A stretch of 63,687 nt of DNA, the filler included, from Octopus bimaculoides (lineage: Eukaryota), in NCBI RefSeq assembly GCF_001194135.2. It is 4 parts of 3 records of this genome, joined end to end, with 100 filler letters (N's around TTAATTAATTAA, not from the genome) between each part and the next. Parts side by side here need not be neighbours in the genome. Positions count along the whole stretch, not along the records: positions 1 to 22,291 come from NC_069003.1; positions 22,392 to 45,638 come from NC_068995.1; 2 more parts are not named here. One strand, written 5' to 3'. The translations under genes were made by a program, and so were the position numbers. Under the pieces are notes generated by a model. It saw only the letters and a program-made list of their open reading frames with translations. It ran no database searches and was not told the DNA's origin. Numbering within the stretch: position 1 is the stretch's first letter; every line of letters begins with the position of its first letter. Shown here piece after piece: positions 13,148 to 25,570 of the stretch.

Positions 13148-13852
13148 ACCACACACACACACACGATGACTTCTTTCAGTTTCTATCAAATCCAAGGCAT
13201 TGGCTGACCCATAGTGGGACTAAACCCAAAATTATCTGGTTGAAAGGCAAACATCTTACTGCACAGACATGTCTATTTAAATATTGCAACATACTCTTTT
13301 TTTGTTGTACTTGATCCAACATAACATCCTCAAATATGTCTTCATTTATTCTGAGACTTCTTAGAGAATGCTCTTTGCAGATAGAACACAATATAGCAGA
13401 AATGGTTGCCAATGCATCAGACAAATTTTTCAAAGTCTGGCAGTAATCCATGAAGGTAGTTCTTGTAAACTGCTTTCACAACATCTGCTGCTGCAGTTGT
13501 TGTTGAACCTGATAGATGTGTATTGTTTGTGACAAACTTTGTGTGGTTTATCTTTTCTACTTCTAGGTGATCCAAATCAAAGCCTTAGTACAAGGCAACC
13601 AATTGATAGTGCTCAACAGACTCATCTAGCACATCACAATTGAGCCAAGTGCAGAAAGTTTGTCCTTATCATTACCATTAACCCTTCAACATTTAAGCCA
13701 ACCATATCAGCCTCTCACACCTATCATACAATGTCATTTTAAAAATAAACAATCATATCTCTGAAATCTCAAAATCATGAGATAATGCATGATTAATTCA
13801 AAACAATGTGAATAAATAAGCATTACAAGTGAAGGTGTATGGCTCAGTAGTG

Positions 13853-14190
13853 AAGGCACATGGCTCAGTGGCTAGTGTCGGGCTCACAGTCACGAGGTAA
13901 TGAATTTGATTCCTAGACTGGGCTGTGTTGTGTTTTTGAGCAAAACACTTTATTACATGTTGCTCCAGTTCACTCAGCTGTAGAAATGAGTTGGGAGTCA
14001 CTGGTGCCAAGCTGTATCGGTCTTTGCCTTTCCTTTGGATAACATCAGTGGCATGGAGAGGGGTGGCTGGTATGCATGGGTGACTGCTGGTCTTCCATAA
14101 ATAACCTTGCCCAGACTTGTGTTTTGGAGGGGAACTTTCTACGTGCAATCCCATGGTCATTCATGATCATTGGGGGTCTTTACTCTTTAC
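13853..14190 (+). mobile_element. tRNA-headed SINE family C, near full length
   Basis: tggctcagtgg A box, B-box-like gattcct, core ttgagcaaaacactttat...ctccagttcactcagctgtagaaatgag; homologous to 28097 and 54755. Confidence 0.85.
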
Positions 14191-14286
14191 CCTTTTACAT
14201 TTGATAGAGAAGTCTGAATGCTAAAGGGTTAAATTGTAAATCCATTTTCTCAATAACTGTATCCAGACTGAAATAATTGGTAGATA

Positions 14287-14709
14287 GGTGCAGATGTATG
14301 GTTTGGAAGTTTGCTCCCCAGCCACATGGTTTTGGGTTCAGTCCCACTATGTGATACCTAGGGCAACAGTCTTCTACTTTAGTTCTAGGCTGACCAAAAC
14401 ATTGTAAGTGGATTTGGCTTATGGAAACTGAAAGAAGCCTGTTGTATGTATATGTGTGTGTGTGTGTTTGTCTTGATATTATGTGAGTGTTGTAAATGGA
14501 TGTCATTCATTTCCAATATTCAGCACAAAAAATATGACTGGTCATGAGAAGACATTTACCTTTCTTGGAAACAGGTGAGGTTTGGTGAGAAGAAGGGCAT
14601 CCAACTGTAGAAAATCTTCTACCTCAATAAGTTCTGCTTGACACAAGAAAATATGGAAAAATGGATGTTAAATATTGATGATAAGGATGATGATGAAGAT
14701 GATGATGAT
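14287..14709 (+). mobile_element. SINE family A head with RTE-type 3' tail
   Basis: Family A head plus (TG)n, then aagggcatcc...tagaaaat...gttaaa and (GAT)n. Confidence 0.75.
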
Positions 14710-14848
14710 CTGTGATGCCTTTGGTAGTTTGATACAATCACACTTTTGTTTTTCTCTGTAGGTTCTCCAGTGAGAACCATGTCTCTCAGAAGATTTCTTC
14801 CATAGTTTCACCTAACTTTACAACATATTTCTAAATGCTTTATCTTTT

Positions 14849-15022
14849 GTCTTTTATCTCTTTACTTGTTTCAGTCATTAGACTACGACTATGCTGGGAC
14901 ACCATCTTGAAGAATTATCAACTCCAGGACTTATTTTGTCTTCTCTTTTGCCAAACCACTAAGTTACAAGGATGTAAACACACCAACACCAGTTGTTAAG
15001 TGATGATGGGGACAAACACATG

Positions 15023-15090
<68 letters not shown>

Positions 15091-15269
15091 GTGTGTGCAC
15101 ATGGATATATGTGTATATTTATATGACAGGCTTCTTTCAGTTTCTGTCTACCAAAACCACTCACAAGGCTTTAGTCAGAAGACACTTGCCCAAGATGTCA
15201 CACAGTGGGACTGAACCCAGTACCATTTAGTTGGGAAGTAAATCTCTTACCACACAGCCACATCTGTGC
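14849..15269 (-). mobile_element. SINE family A, full length
   Basis: Reverse complement: tggctgtgtgg A box, ggttcagtccc B box, cttgggcaagtgtcttc core, (TG)n, gactgaaacaagtaa tail. Confidence 0.85.
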
Positions 15270-15297
15270 ATTTCTCTAAGTTTGCTTCATGTCTACT

Positions 15298-15504
15298 AAT
15301 AATCCTTTCTAATAGAGGCACAAGGCCTCAAATTTGTGGGGTGGGGACTAATTGATTATATTGACCCCAGTGTTTCACTGGTACTTAATTTATCGACTCT
15401 GAAAGGATAAAAGACAAAGTCAAGCTTGGTGGAATTTGAACTCAGAATGTAGTAATGGGTGAAATACTGCTAAGCATTTTGTCCAGTGCACTAACGATTC
15501 TGCC
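15298..15504 (-). mobile_element. tRNA-headed SINE family B
   Basis: Reverse complement has gttctgagttcaaattcc, tttatcctttcagagtcgataaattaagtaccag and ggccttgtgcc tail. Confidence 0.8.
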
Positions 15505-15807
15505 TTATGTCTACTAATGAAAAGAGTTTCCTTGATGGCTGTAGCTTTGAGCTTTTGTAATAACCTACAGACTTTTCTTGGTGATATTTACTGAGGCTGT
15601 TTATAGTTGACAGTATTCTTCTGTAATGTTCAGTGGTGAGCTGGCAGAAATGTTAGCAAGTGGGAACAAAATACTAAGCAACGTTTCTTCTGACATCATT
15701 CCATTATATGTAAACCCCACACTTTATGTCTGTCTTTGTATTGTCCCCACCCATCCTGCGCTCTGGTAACAAATAAAAGAAATCATCATTATTACTATAA
15801 TCATTAC

Positions 15808-15896
<89 letters not shown>

Positions 15897-15929
15897 TAAA
15901 AATAATAATAGTAATTATTGTTATTACTA

Positions 15930-16273
15930 TTATTTTATGCTTGACTTTTGCTTTGCATTTGTACAAGTTGGATCCAAGTCTCACCCAGAGACCTCAAGAG
16001 ACAACAAGTTAGAAGTTCATGTAGGTGTTATGCCTAGGGTGCCATATATTTGGATTTGTACATAGTATTGTTCTAGAGAATGTTTAAGAAACCATAAGAA
16101 AATTATGTGTTTGTTTTAAAATTTGAGATCACACAGACAGTATTTTTTTACATAGGATATGGGCAGTTCCCATGAGCACTATCTTTTGAACTTCAGCCAT
16201 TTTGGGGTTTCCTGGTATCTGAGCTAGGTAGTAATCAGCCCGTTTCGCTGTCATTCCCAGGGCACCTATGACA
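15930..16273 (-). mobile_element. Dong/R4-clade LINE 3' end next to an (AAT)n array (15782-15930)
   Basis: VIGALG...YLAQIPG....EVQKIVLMGTAHIL..ILS* is the R4/Dong REL-endonuclease C-terminus. Confidence 0.8.
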
Positions 16274-16861
16274 NNNNNNNNNNNNNNNNNNNNNNNNNNN
16301 NNNNNNNNNNNNNNNNNNNNNNNNNNNNNNNNNNNNNNNNNNNNNNNNNNNNNNNNNNNNNNNNNNNNNNNNNNNNNNNNNNNNNNNNNNNNNNNNNNNN
16401 NNNNNNNNNNNNNNNNNNNNNNNNNNNNNNNNNNNNNNNNNNNNNNNNNNNNNNNNNNNNNNNNNNNNNNNNNNNNNNNNNNNNNNNNNNNNNNNNNNNN
16501 NNNNNNNNNNNNNNNNNNNNNNNNNNNNNNNNNNNNNNNNNNNNNNNNNNNNNNNNNNNNNNNNNNNNNNNNNNNNNNNNNNNNNNNNNNNNNNNNNNNN
16601 NNNNNNNNNNNNNNNNNNNNNNNNNNNNNNNNNNNNNNNNNNNNNNNNNNNNNNNNNNNNNNNNNNNNNNNNNNNNNNNNNNNNNNNNNNNNNNNNNNNN
16701 NNNNNNNNNNNNNNNNNNNNNNNNNNNNNNNNNNNNNNNNNNNNNNNNNNNNNNNNNNNNNNNNNNNNNNNNNNNNNNNNNNNNNNNNNNNNNNNNNNNN
16801 NNNNNNNNNNNNNNTAGTCCCCTCCCCCAAAATTTCAGGCCTTGTGCCTTTAGTAGAAAGG

Positions 16862-16951
<90 letters not shown>

Positions 16952-16957
16952 TTCTGT

Positions 16958-17182
16958 AAGGTGGTGAGCTGACAGAATTGTTAGCGAGTTGGACAAAATG
17001 TTAAGTGACATTTCTTCTGACTCTTAATGTTCTGAACTCAAATTCTGCCAAAGTTGACTTCTGCCTTTCATCCTTTCAGAGTTGATGAAATAAGTACCAG
17101 TTGGACACTGGGGTGATGTAACTGACTTACACCCCAACCTTAAAATTACTGACCATTTGCCCAAATTTGGAAACAGTGTTAT
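16958..17182 (+). mobile_element. SINE family B
   Basis: ggtgagctgacagaattgttagc head and tttcatcctttcagagttgatgaaataagtaccag core. Confidence 0.8.
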
Positions 17183-17195
17183 TTTCAGTCTAAGT

Positions 17196-17381
17196 GTAGG
17201 TGCATGACTGTGTAGGTAAGATGCTTGCTTCCCTGTCATATGGTTATTGGTTTAGTCTTACTGCATGGCACCTTGGAGAAGACTCTTCTACTATAACCCT
17301 GGGCCAACTAAAGACTTATGAGTGAATTTGGTCGACAGAAACTTAAAGGTGCCTGTTGTATACAAGTGTGTGCGTGTATGT

Positions 17382-17472
<91 letters not shown>

Positions 17473-17712
17473 CCCTTGTTTTGATATTATTTGATGATTG
17501 CAAATGAGCATCATCATCTTATAAGCAATGATGCTTGTTTCCAGTCTTCTAGGAAAACATGTTGTCTAGGCATGGGGAAATATCACCTTACTTAGAAAGA
17601 AGTGTGGGTTGACAACAGGAAGGGCATCTGGCTATATAAAATATGCCTCAATAAATTCCATCTGACTCATGCAAGCATAGAAAAGTGGATGTGAAATGTT
17701 TATGAAGATGAG
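17196..17712 (+). mobile_element. SINE family A head with long (TG)n and RTE-type tail
   Basis: Same architecture as 14287-14709. Confidence 0.75.
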
Positions 17713-18249
17713 TAGTACAACCAATCCAACTGAGACGCCAAAATCACATGACATTCAATTATACAATGTTATTGATATATACTTTTAACATACTGCTGTT
17801 CTCTGCATGACTTCACTAAACCATGTTTAAGAGTGTAGTGAACAAATGAGTTTTAATAATGATCTTTCAGTACTCTTAGTTCTGCTCTACTTACTGCTTC
17901 TGTACAACACTTGCTCGACCTAGCACCTATGTTTTGTGTTTGCATTTTGCTCTATAGTTTATCCACGTCATCAAAGCCCTTTAATGACAAGCATTTTTTG
18001 TATGAATTGTGAAGACGCTTAGCTTTTTTCCCCCAGTTTTCTAAAGAAAAATATACGACATTACTTGATGGCAAAGGTCAAGCAAGGATAAATTTTAAGC
18101 CATTCCATAAGAAAATCTTTCAAACTAGACCTTTTTACCAATTTTTTTTAGTTTATTAGCTTGTGTCCAGTCCTATGCTGACAAACCCTATCAGAAAATG
18201 TATCCTGACACATCTGTAATAGCTAAGTGAATGACCAGTACAACTGTCA

Positions 18250-19870
18250 AATGTATGTTCCCATCAAGGCCCATCATGCTTCAACTCTCAAGGGTTCATT
18301 CACCGATGCATTGGAAAGAATACTCATTGCTATATCTAGAAGAAGTCACCCACTATTATCAACAGTGAAAGCTTGACCTAACACTATATCACTTTAAAGA
18401 TGACCATAAAGAAAGCAAAGAGAGTCCTCATGTATCATATAGCATGTAAGCATTTCACCTCCCAAAATGGTAACCAGCCCTTATGGTCTCTTCATAAGAT
18501 TATTGTTACCAGCTTTTTAACCTTGTCTTTCTTCAGCTACAATGGATCTATAAGTAGCACGCCTCCTGATAAAGTTACCACATTTGTTGCAGCATTATTT
18601 GGAAATACAGCAAGCAAAAATTCAGTGCTTGGGGCTTAATAGAAGGAATGCCAGCAGGACCTGTAGACTTGTTGGCTCAGAATATTTGGAGATATTTTCA
18701 TTTGTTGCACCAGAGACATGTTTCTGTCTCTGCAACCACTTGTAATATCACCATGAAAATATCTCCAAATATTCTGAGCCAACAAGTCTACAGGTCCTGC
18801 TGGTATTCCTTCTATTAAGCCCCAAACACTGAATTTTCATTCTGCTCTAACCCATGAAAACGGATGATAATGAATTCCACTAAGAAGGGCAACTTTTCTG
18901 ATCCTACAAACTACCATCCTGCCACCTTCACTTCCCTAACCCTAACCAATTATTGCTCTGTCCTCACTTTCAACAGTTCAAAGGTTATGGCAATAGTCAT
19001 AAGCAACATTCAAAGATTATCTCAAGTCTCCATTCCAAGTCACCACCAATATGATTCTCATAAATGCAGATCTCCCAGGGTTTGTCCTCTTGCAGTACAC
19101 ACCAGAGGTCTCTCATTCTTCAAACCTTAGGGTGATTGCATTGTTATTGCCTTTGACACCAACAAAACCCTTGACCTCCTGATGAAGTCACCAACCAATG
19201 GCCTCCATTCTTATTCTATCTCTGCAACTCTGTGGCCAGAAGCTTTCCCTTCAAACCACATCACCAAAGCATCTACTGGCAGGTATTTCTCCGAACTAAA
19301 ATGGTTTTAATTCTGATGTCCTTCATGAGACACTCATGTCACTCTTCGATTTTTCCTTAAGAACATTAACAACCTGATTACTGTTACTTCCAATCATGCA
19401 CATTCCAATGAAGACAGCAACTCTTTCCCTTCTTAACATTCTGCACTCAGAGGTTATTAGTCTAGACAACATCCTGTGTTTGATATAACACTGCTTGCAC
19501 AAACAGATTTCTTGAGAAACTTTATGAAATGAAATGTATTGATCTAGTCTCCACCAATAGTACCAAGATGAAATCGCTACATGTGTGTGTGCATGTTCGT
19601 TCGCATGTGTTTGTTTGTGAAAGAAACAAATTATCACCAAGCTCTTCCTTACATAAGAACAACACACATACATACACACATTAACGCATCATTAAGTTCT
19701 GACAATCACCACTACAAATGGTTGACTACACCCCTGTCTTTATGTGGTAACATCACACATACAACATTCTAAATATTTGCCCACCTCTTAAGCAGTGAAC
19801 CATTACTGACACCACTCAATTAGTCCACAAGGTCACCCCACATTCAAGTACCACTCACACATCTGGGATT
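18250..19870 (+). mobile_element. Heavily decayed non-LTR retrotransposon ORF2 (CR1/Jockey-like)
   Basis: LWSL.K, NKSTGPAGIP, KKGNFSDPTNYHP...TS, IAFDTNKTLD, HS.EDS (YADD-like), V.P..(E)Y.SHIW in order. Confidence 0.7.
18617..18837. repeat. 84-bp inverted repeat (82/84 complementary) with 53-nt spacer
   Basis: Arms at 18617-18700 and 18754-18837, checked base by base. Confidence 0.95.
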
Positions 19871-20041
19871 GGGCTCTTGATAAACACACAAAAATAGCCC
19901 CAGTTGAATTGGGTGTTGGTGTTTATGTGGTTAACTGACTTGCTAGAAATAACAGCCCAGTATACCTCATGCTTTTGAATACAGGGTTTGTTCAATCAGA
20001 GCTGACTTGGTGCTAAACAACAACAACAACAACAACAACAA

Positions 20042-20430
20042 TAACCCTTTCTATTATAGGCACAAGGTCTGAAATTTTGGGGAGAGAAGAAAGGCAAAGT
20101 CAGCCTTGGTAGAATTTGAACTCAGAACTTAAAGATGGATGAAATGCCGCGAAACATTTTGTCTGGTAAACTAAGAATTCAACCAGCTCACCACCTTCAA
20201 TAACAATAATAGTAATAATAATGATTTCAAATTTTGGCACAGGGTCAGTAATTTTAGGGGATGGGGTGAGGTAAGTCACATCGACCCCAGTATGCAACTG
20301 GTATTTATTTTATCAACCCCAAAAGGACGAAAGGCAAAGTTGGCCTCGATAGAATTTGAATTCAGAGCATAAAGATGGAGGAAATGCCACTAAGCCTTTT
20401 GCATAACAATCCTGCCGGCTCACTGCATTC
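20042..20430 (-). mobile_element. Two tandem degraded SINE family B copies
   Basis: Each has ggcacaagg.c tail, gaaaggcaaagt core and gaatttgaa.tcag B-box region. Confidence 0.75.
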
Positions 20431-20529
20431 AATAACAATAACAACAACAGTAATAATAATATAAATTCTATCTGGAATAAGAATGAACCTGAGTTAAATC
20501 AATAATAATAGTAAATGGTAAAAGTAATA

Positions 20530-21070
20530 AAAATGATTTATTTTCTTTTGCCACAGGAGTGTCAGATGAGGGAGGTATCTTCTTGCTTTCATTTCCAAGT
20601 GGAACTTGAAGGAGTCTATGAGGGCTTGACTGAAGAGGGAAGTGACCGTTCTCAATCTTTTCAGCCTCGTCCTTCACGCAATCTTTTTGCTATAGCCACA
20701 AGACAGAGGAACACTGCCTGTCCTTGTTTGTTAAAGGAACAATTCACACTTTGGACTCAGCCAAATTCATTCTACATGCAACTGCAGCTGTTTGCCATAA
20801 CTCCACAACTTAGCAATGCTTGGACAAAGCATGAATGCATGCACTATTTTTTGTCACTTTGTGCACATCTTGGACAGACCCACCTGACAGCTTTTCTGTG
20901 CCTGTAGAGTTTATCTCATATCAGAAATATCCCTCAGTAGGAATGCCAGACCAGGGATTTCTGAAAGTTATCCATCATAGTCTCCAATGCAAAAGTCCTC
21001 CAAAAAACAGACCAGCTAGTTTGTCTTCATCAATTCCTAGAGTTTCTCCTAAAACATCATCATTCTTACC
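20530..21070 (-). mobile_element. Tx1/L1-clade LINE ORF2 3' fragment
   Basis: Stopped frame: C....IVHAFMLCPSIAKLWSY...RTRLKRL.T...SQALIDSFKFHL.MK, the L1/Tx1 C-terminal CCHC region. Confidence 0.7.
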
Positions 21071-21170
21071 CACCACTAGATATCTATATCTATTGGCAAC
21101 ATAGATCTTCCAAAAACTGCATTGCACAAATAATAATAATAATAATAATAATAATAATCTTCCAAGGGAC

Positions 21171-21429
21171 ATCTGTTTTCCATGCTAGCATGGGTTGGAT
21201 GATTTGACTGAGGACTGGCGAACCAGATAGCTGCACCAGGCTCCAATCTGATCTGACAGAGTTTCTGCACCTGGATGCCCTTCCTAATGCCAACCACTCC
21301 GAATGTGTAGCGAGTGCTTTTATGTGCCACCGGCACAAGGGCCAGTCAGGTAGTACTGGCAACGACCTCGCTCGAATGTTCTTTTCACGTGCCACTAGCA
21401 CAAGTGCCAGTAAGGCGACGCTGTTAACG

Positions 21430-21432
<3 letters not shown>
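21171..21432 (-). mobile_element. RTE-type 3' UTR/tail fragment
   Basis: Reverse complement of ggtggcacataaaagcac...aggaagggcatccagg...catgctagcatggaaaac. Confidence 0.8.
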
Positions 21433-21479
<47 letters not shown>

Positions 21480-21602
21480 GTTTTGTAATTTGTTTTGAGT
21501 CTGAATTGAAACAATTGTGGGCAATGTTAATTGATAAATTAATTTTATCCATTAAATCTCTCCATTTTGCTACTTAATGATATTATACATATATATTCCA
21601 GT

Positions 21603-21920
21603 TGGCACAGGTGTGGCTGTGTGGTGAGAAACTTGCATCTCACCCACATGTTGATGGGTTCAGTCCTACTGCGGGATACCTTGGGCAAGTGTCTTCTGCT
21701 ATAGCCTCGAGCCAACCAAAGCCTTGCGAGTGGATTTATTAGATGGAAACTGAAAGAAGCCCGTTGTATATGTATATATGTGTGTGTCTGTTTTTGTCCC
21801 CTCACCATCACTTGATGACTGATGTTGGTCTGTTTACGTTCCTGTAACTTAGCGGTTCAGCAAACAGAGCGATAGAATAAGTACTAAGCTTACAAAGAAT
21901 AAGTCCTGCGGTTGATTTCT
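21603..21920 (+). mobile_element. SINE family A
   Basis: tggctgtgtgg, ggttcagtcct, cttgggcaagtgtcttc, gatagaataagtact. Confidence 0.85.
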
Positions 21921-22291
21921 TTTGGAATTTCTATGCTGATAGAACCCACGACAAAGCTCACCAAGACATGAACAATAGCTAAGTCATTTCTATTTTTATA
22001 TATTATCCCTTCTGAAGCGCTCCCCTTCCACCACCCCACCCCGTTTCTCTAACTATACATTTCTGTCTTAAATTCATGATTATTTATGTATCTCTTTTCT
22101 CTATTTCACGCGATTTACCGTTTTCGCCTCTACTTTCTTGAAGTTTTGCTTCTTAGCCCAAACCTGACTAAAATTTGTCTCTCCCCACCTTTAAAAATTA
22201 CGATTTTAACTCTCATTTCTATTACCGATTTAAACATTTAATCTCACGGTTAAACACTGCTGTGTTTCTTTCAACTTTTTTCTAAAAACCT

Positions 22292-22391
22292 NNNNNNNNN
22301 NNNNNNNNNNNNNNNNNNNNNNNNNNNNNNNNNNNTTAATTAATTAANNNNNNNNNNNNNNNNNNNNNNNNNNNNNNNNNNNNNNNNNNNN
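22292..22391. other. Scaffold-join linker (44 N + ttaattaattaa + 44 N); same at 45639-45738 and 57598-57697
   Basis: Identical 100-bp format three times; artificial. Confidence 0.95.
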
Positions 22392-23494
22392 CCGGTTGAC
22401 TCCTCTTCGCCAGTCGAAGATACATTATTCGGCATCTTGCCAGCAATTACTGTTCCCCCCATAGGGGAAACACACGATAGTTTTCAAACGAAGACTATCA
22501 CACAATAGTTATGACAAGAACACACAAAAACAGTTAATGGAAACTTGCACTTACTGTACAGACGCACTCAAATAACTAGTAACAATCCAATCTCACGGAG
22601 TCGCTACACCGCTAAGCACCTCAATCGGTGTCCCACAGACGTAATACCGCTAAGCATTTCGCCCGGCGTGCTAACGTTTCTGCCAGCTCGCCGCCTACAT
22701 ACATTACATTCTGTTGCCATACTTGTTCAGACTGGACTTTTTGAGTATGTTCCATATGACACTGTAATTATGATTAGTGTCTTCTAAAATCTAGATATGA
22801 GAAAAATACTTGAGGGTGTGCCACCGCTCAGTTTTTCTGAGTTTTAAATCAGTGGCTGTATTGCATAATTATGTATTGTTCCTCTCTTCATACTTTCGCA
22901 TTGGTTCTGGCGTATTTATTTAACGTCTGTTTGGGAGATAGGGGAATTAGAATTGAAGAATCTATTCAGTGTATGAACATCGCTTTTTATGCACGAGCAA
23001 CTTCCTCCTTGTATGGTTTGCGTAATATGATGGTTTACATTCTGGTCGTGGAAATAGAGTTTATTGCTGAATCTGTTCTAATATAGGCTACATCCATGAC
23101 TGGCAGAAGTAGTTGTCTACGGATTTCAGATTGATTTTATGTTGGCTAATATGGTGCCTCTAATTCACTGTAGTTTGCACTTCTTGTGCACACATCTCAG
23201 AGCTATTAGCCAACTGATGCTATGAAAGACGGTATAGTCTAGGAACTGAGTGGCCACGGCCAAATTAATGTCTCAGCATACGTCTCTGCTGCCACACATT
23301 CAGAAGCCAAGACGATACAAAGCACATTGTGACTAGCGATGTATAAACTCATCCGATAGTCTGGTAAATACTGAGGTACCATGATATATGAATATATATT
23401 TATTCGTGTATAAGAATATTTATTAGTTTATATTTATATAAGGGGCATTACTGCAGTATAATGCCACACACTGCGTATATAAGAATATGTAGAA

Positions 23495-23545
<51 letters not shown>

Positions 23546-24389
23546 GGTGTGTATGTGTGTGTCTATGCAAATGTCTGATTGTCTGTGCGTTCTATGGTAA
23601 CTTGCATTTACAAAAGATCGGTTGCTTCGACACTATGTTAGAAGATAAATGCACACTATTGCTCGCAATGGAATCGAACCGTGGACAACATCAAAGAATT
23701 GCTAGCTCAAACTCTAATAATGAGGGATAGAGTAATGAAGTTAGTGATACATAAACTAATATACTGACAGAAAATATAAACATAATACGGTCTGATGTCT
23801 ATTGTGTTTTTAAATAAGTATTTTTTTTTATCAGCAAATTTCTGTTGCCGATTTACTATTGTTTTGTCTTGTTACTTTTCATGTGGCGACTAAGGATGCT
23901 ACATCAGCAAATAATATATTTTATGCTGAATATATAGAGATGACTGTGTATGTCTGATCGTTTAATAGTAGTGTTTTGTATTGTTTTATTTACCTATTTA
24001 CTACTATCATTTCTATTTTATTCTTTGGCTGTCCATATCTTCAGTGAGGAAAATTAATATCTTTAGACTAATGCATAGATAATGTAGGTAATGTACAATA
24101 CCTACTTAGTAGTTACCACATACTTTGGCCATTTGTGATAACATCTGATGCCCAGTATTATCTTATAAGTAAAATAATTAAAACTGCAACATCAACAGCA
24201 GCAGGAGTAGTGTATGGAGGGGGTACAGCAACGATTTAAGCAGCAGTAACAGCAACACAATTCAGAATAAAACATCCGTCAGTTATGCCAAAGTCCTTTC
24301 TAGATAATACCATAATTATCCATGTAGACTCTAGAAATAGCAGCCAATGTTATGTTATTAATGAGAACGAATCTTTTAATTTTTATTTT

Positions 24390-24698
24390 GAGGTCATCCT
24401 GGTGCACAGCCTTGAATTTTTAGTGGAATGAATCAAGCCCCAGGAATTATTTTTTTTAAGGCCGGTACTTATTCTATCAGTCTGTTTTGCTAAACCGCAA
24501 AGTTACAGGGACGCAAAGACACCAACGCCGGTTGTCAAGCACTGGTGGGGGGACAAACACAGACACAAACACTCACACACACAAACATACACACGCATAT
24601 ATATTTACATCTATATACGACGGGCTTCTTCCAGTTTCTGTCCAGCAAATCCACTCACAAGGCCTTGGTCGACCCGGCGCTATAGTATACTTGCCTAC
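24390..24698 (-). mobile_element. SINE family A (head truncated)
   Basis: Reverse complement matches the family A body with CpGs retained. Confidence 0.8.
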
Positions 24699-24879
24699 AT
24701 TATCCAGCATATCTTCCATCATGTTTTAATAATATGTTAGAGAGACTTGGCCGCTATTCCAAACCCGTTGACTGACTGGGCAGAGCATTCTTCGTGGATA
24801 TAAGCACTCTGATTCTCCTTCTTGTTTATTTATTATTTTTTTCTAGTTAATTTTCATTCCGAAAATAATTCATTAAATG

Positions 24880-25060
24880 TTGTTGTCTTGGTAATGGTCC
24901 CATGTTTACTTGTTAAGTATTTCTGTCAGTAATTAAGGACTTTATCAACTCCAGAACATTACCGGTTACCAAGAGTTTCGATTATATCTTTAAATTTCCC
25001 TATATTCATGTAGGATGATGTCTTTGAAGATGTTTCGTTTGGTGTCTTTCATTCTATTCT
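24880..25060 (-). mobile_element. Dong/R4 RT N-terminal fragment
   Basis: SGVDKVLNY*QKYLTSKH resembles the R4 PG.D....W.K.L...H motif. Confidence 0.45.
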
Positions 25061-25099
25061 TTCTTATTTTTACATCTTTGTTCCGTCATTTGCAATTTG

Positions 25100-25570
25100 A
25101 GAAAACTCATGAAAGATAAAAGAGTGTCGCAAACGACAAAGGAGAAATAATTGTAAAAATCAATATCCATTGACTTTGCGCTGGACAATTAACAAGACAA
25201 CGTAGATGGAAAATTGATGCATTCAAAAACTGGTGCTGGAGAAAAGTTAAGAATATTCTGGACAAAAAGAGAAGCAGGGAGATCGATACACTATCATTTG
25301 GATTATGAGAATGTTTTGACATCCTTGAATGTCAGAGATTAAAAGTTTTTGATCCCGTTACGAAGGAGAAAATGGATACAATTTAAGATGAGTGGGAGGA
25401 AAATTTGAAGGCTTAAAGGGGAAGGATGGGACAGGCAAAAGGAAGACAGATCGTGTGAAGGAAACAAATTAGGATGTAAATTTGTAAATCATTTGTAGGA
25501 ATTTGTAGGAAAGAGGGAGACAACATATGCCTGTATGATCGTCAGATGAACACGACTTGAGAACACAAAT
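25100..25570 (+). mobile_element. RTE (BovB-like) 3' fragment
   Basis: WTI.K...KIDAFKNWCWRK...W.K and a terminal ...gaacacgacttga. Confidence 0.7.

Noticed and set aside
17895-18045. Minus-strand segment with good acceptor and gtaagt donor
   Set aside because: All three frames contain stops; no support for coding.
20628-20660. CUGAAGA plus GGGAA/UUCUC stem
   Set aside because: Lacks the GAAA core after stem II.
20515-20907. 130-aa plus-strand ORF after a good acceptor
   Set aside because: Antisense of a Tx1/L1 fragment.
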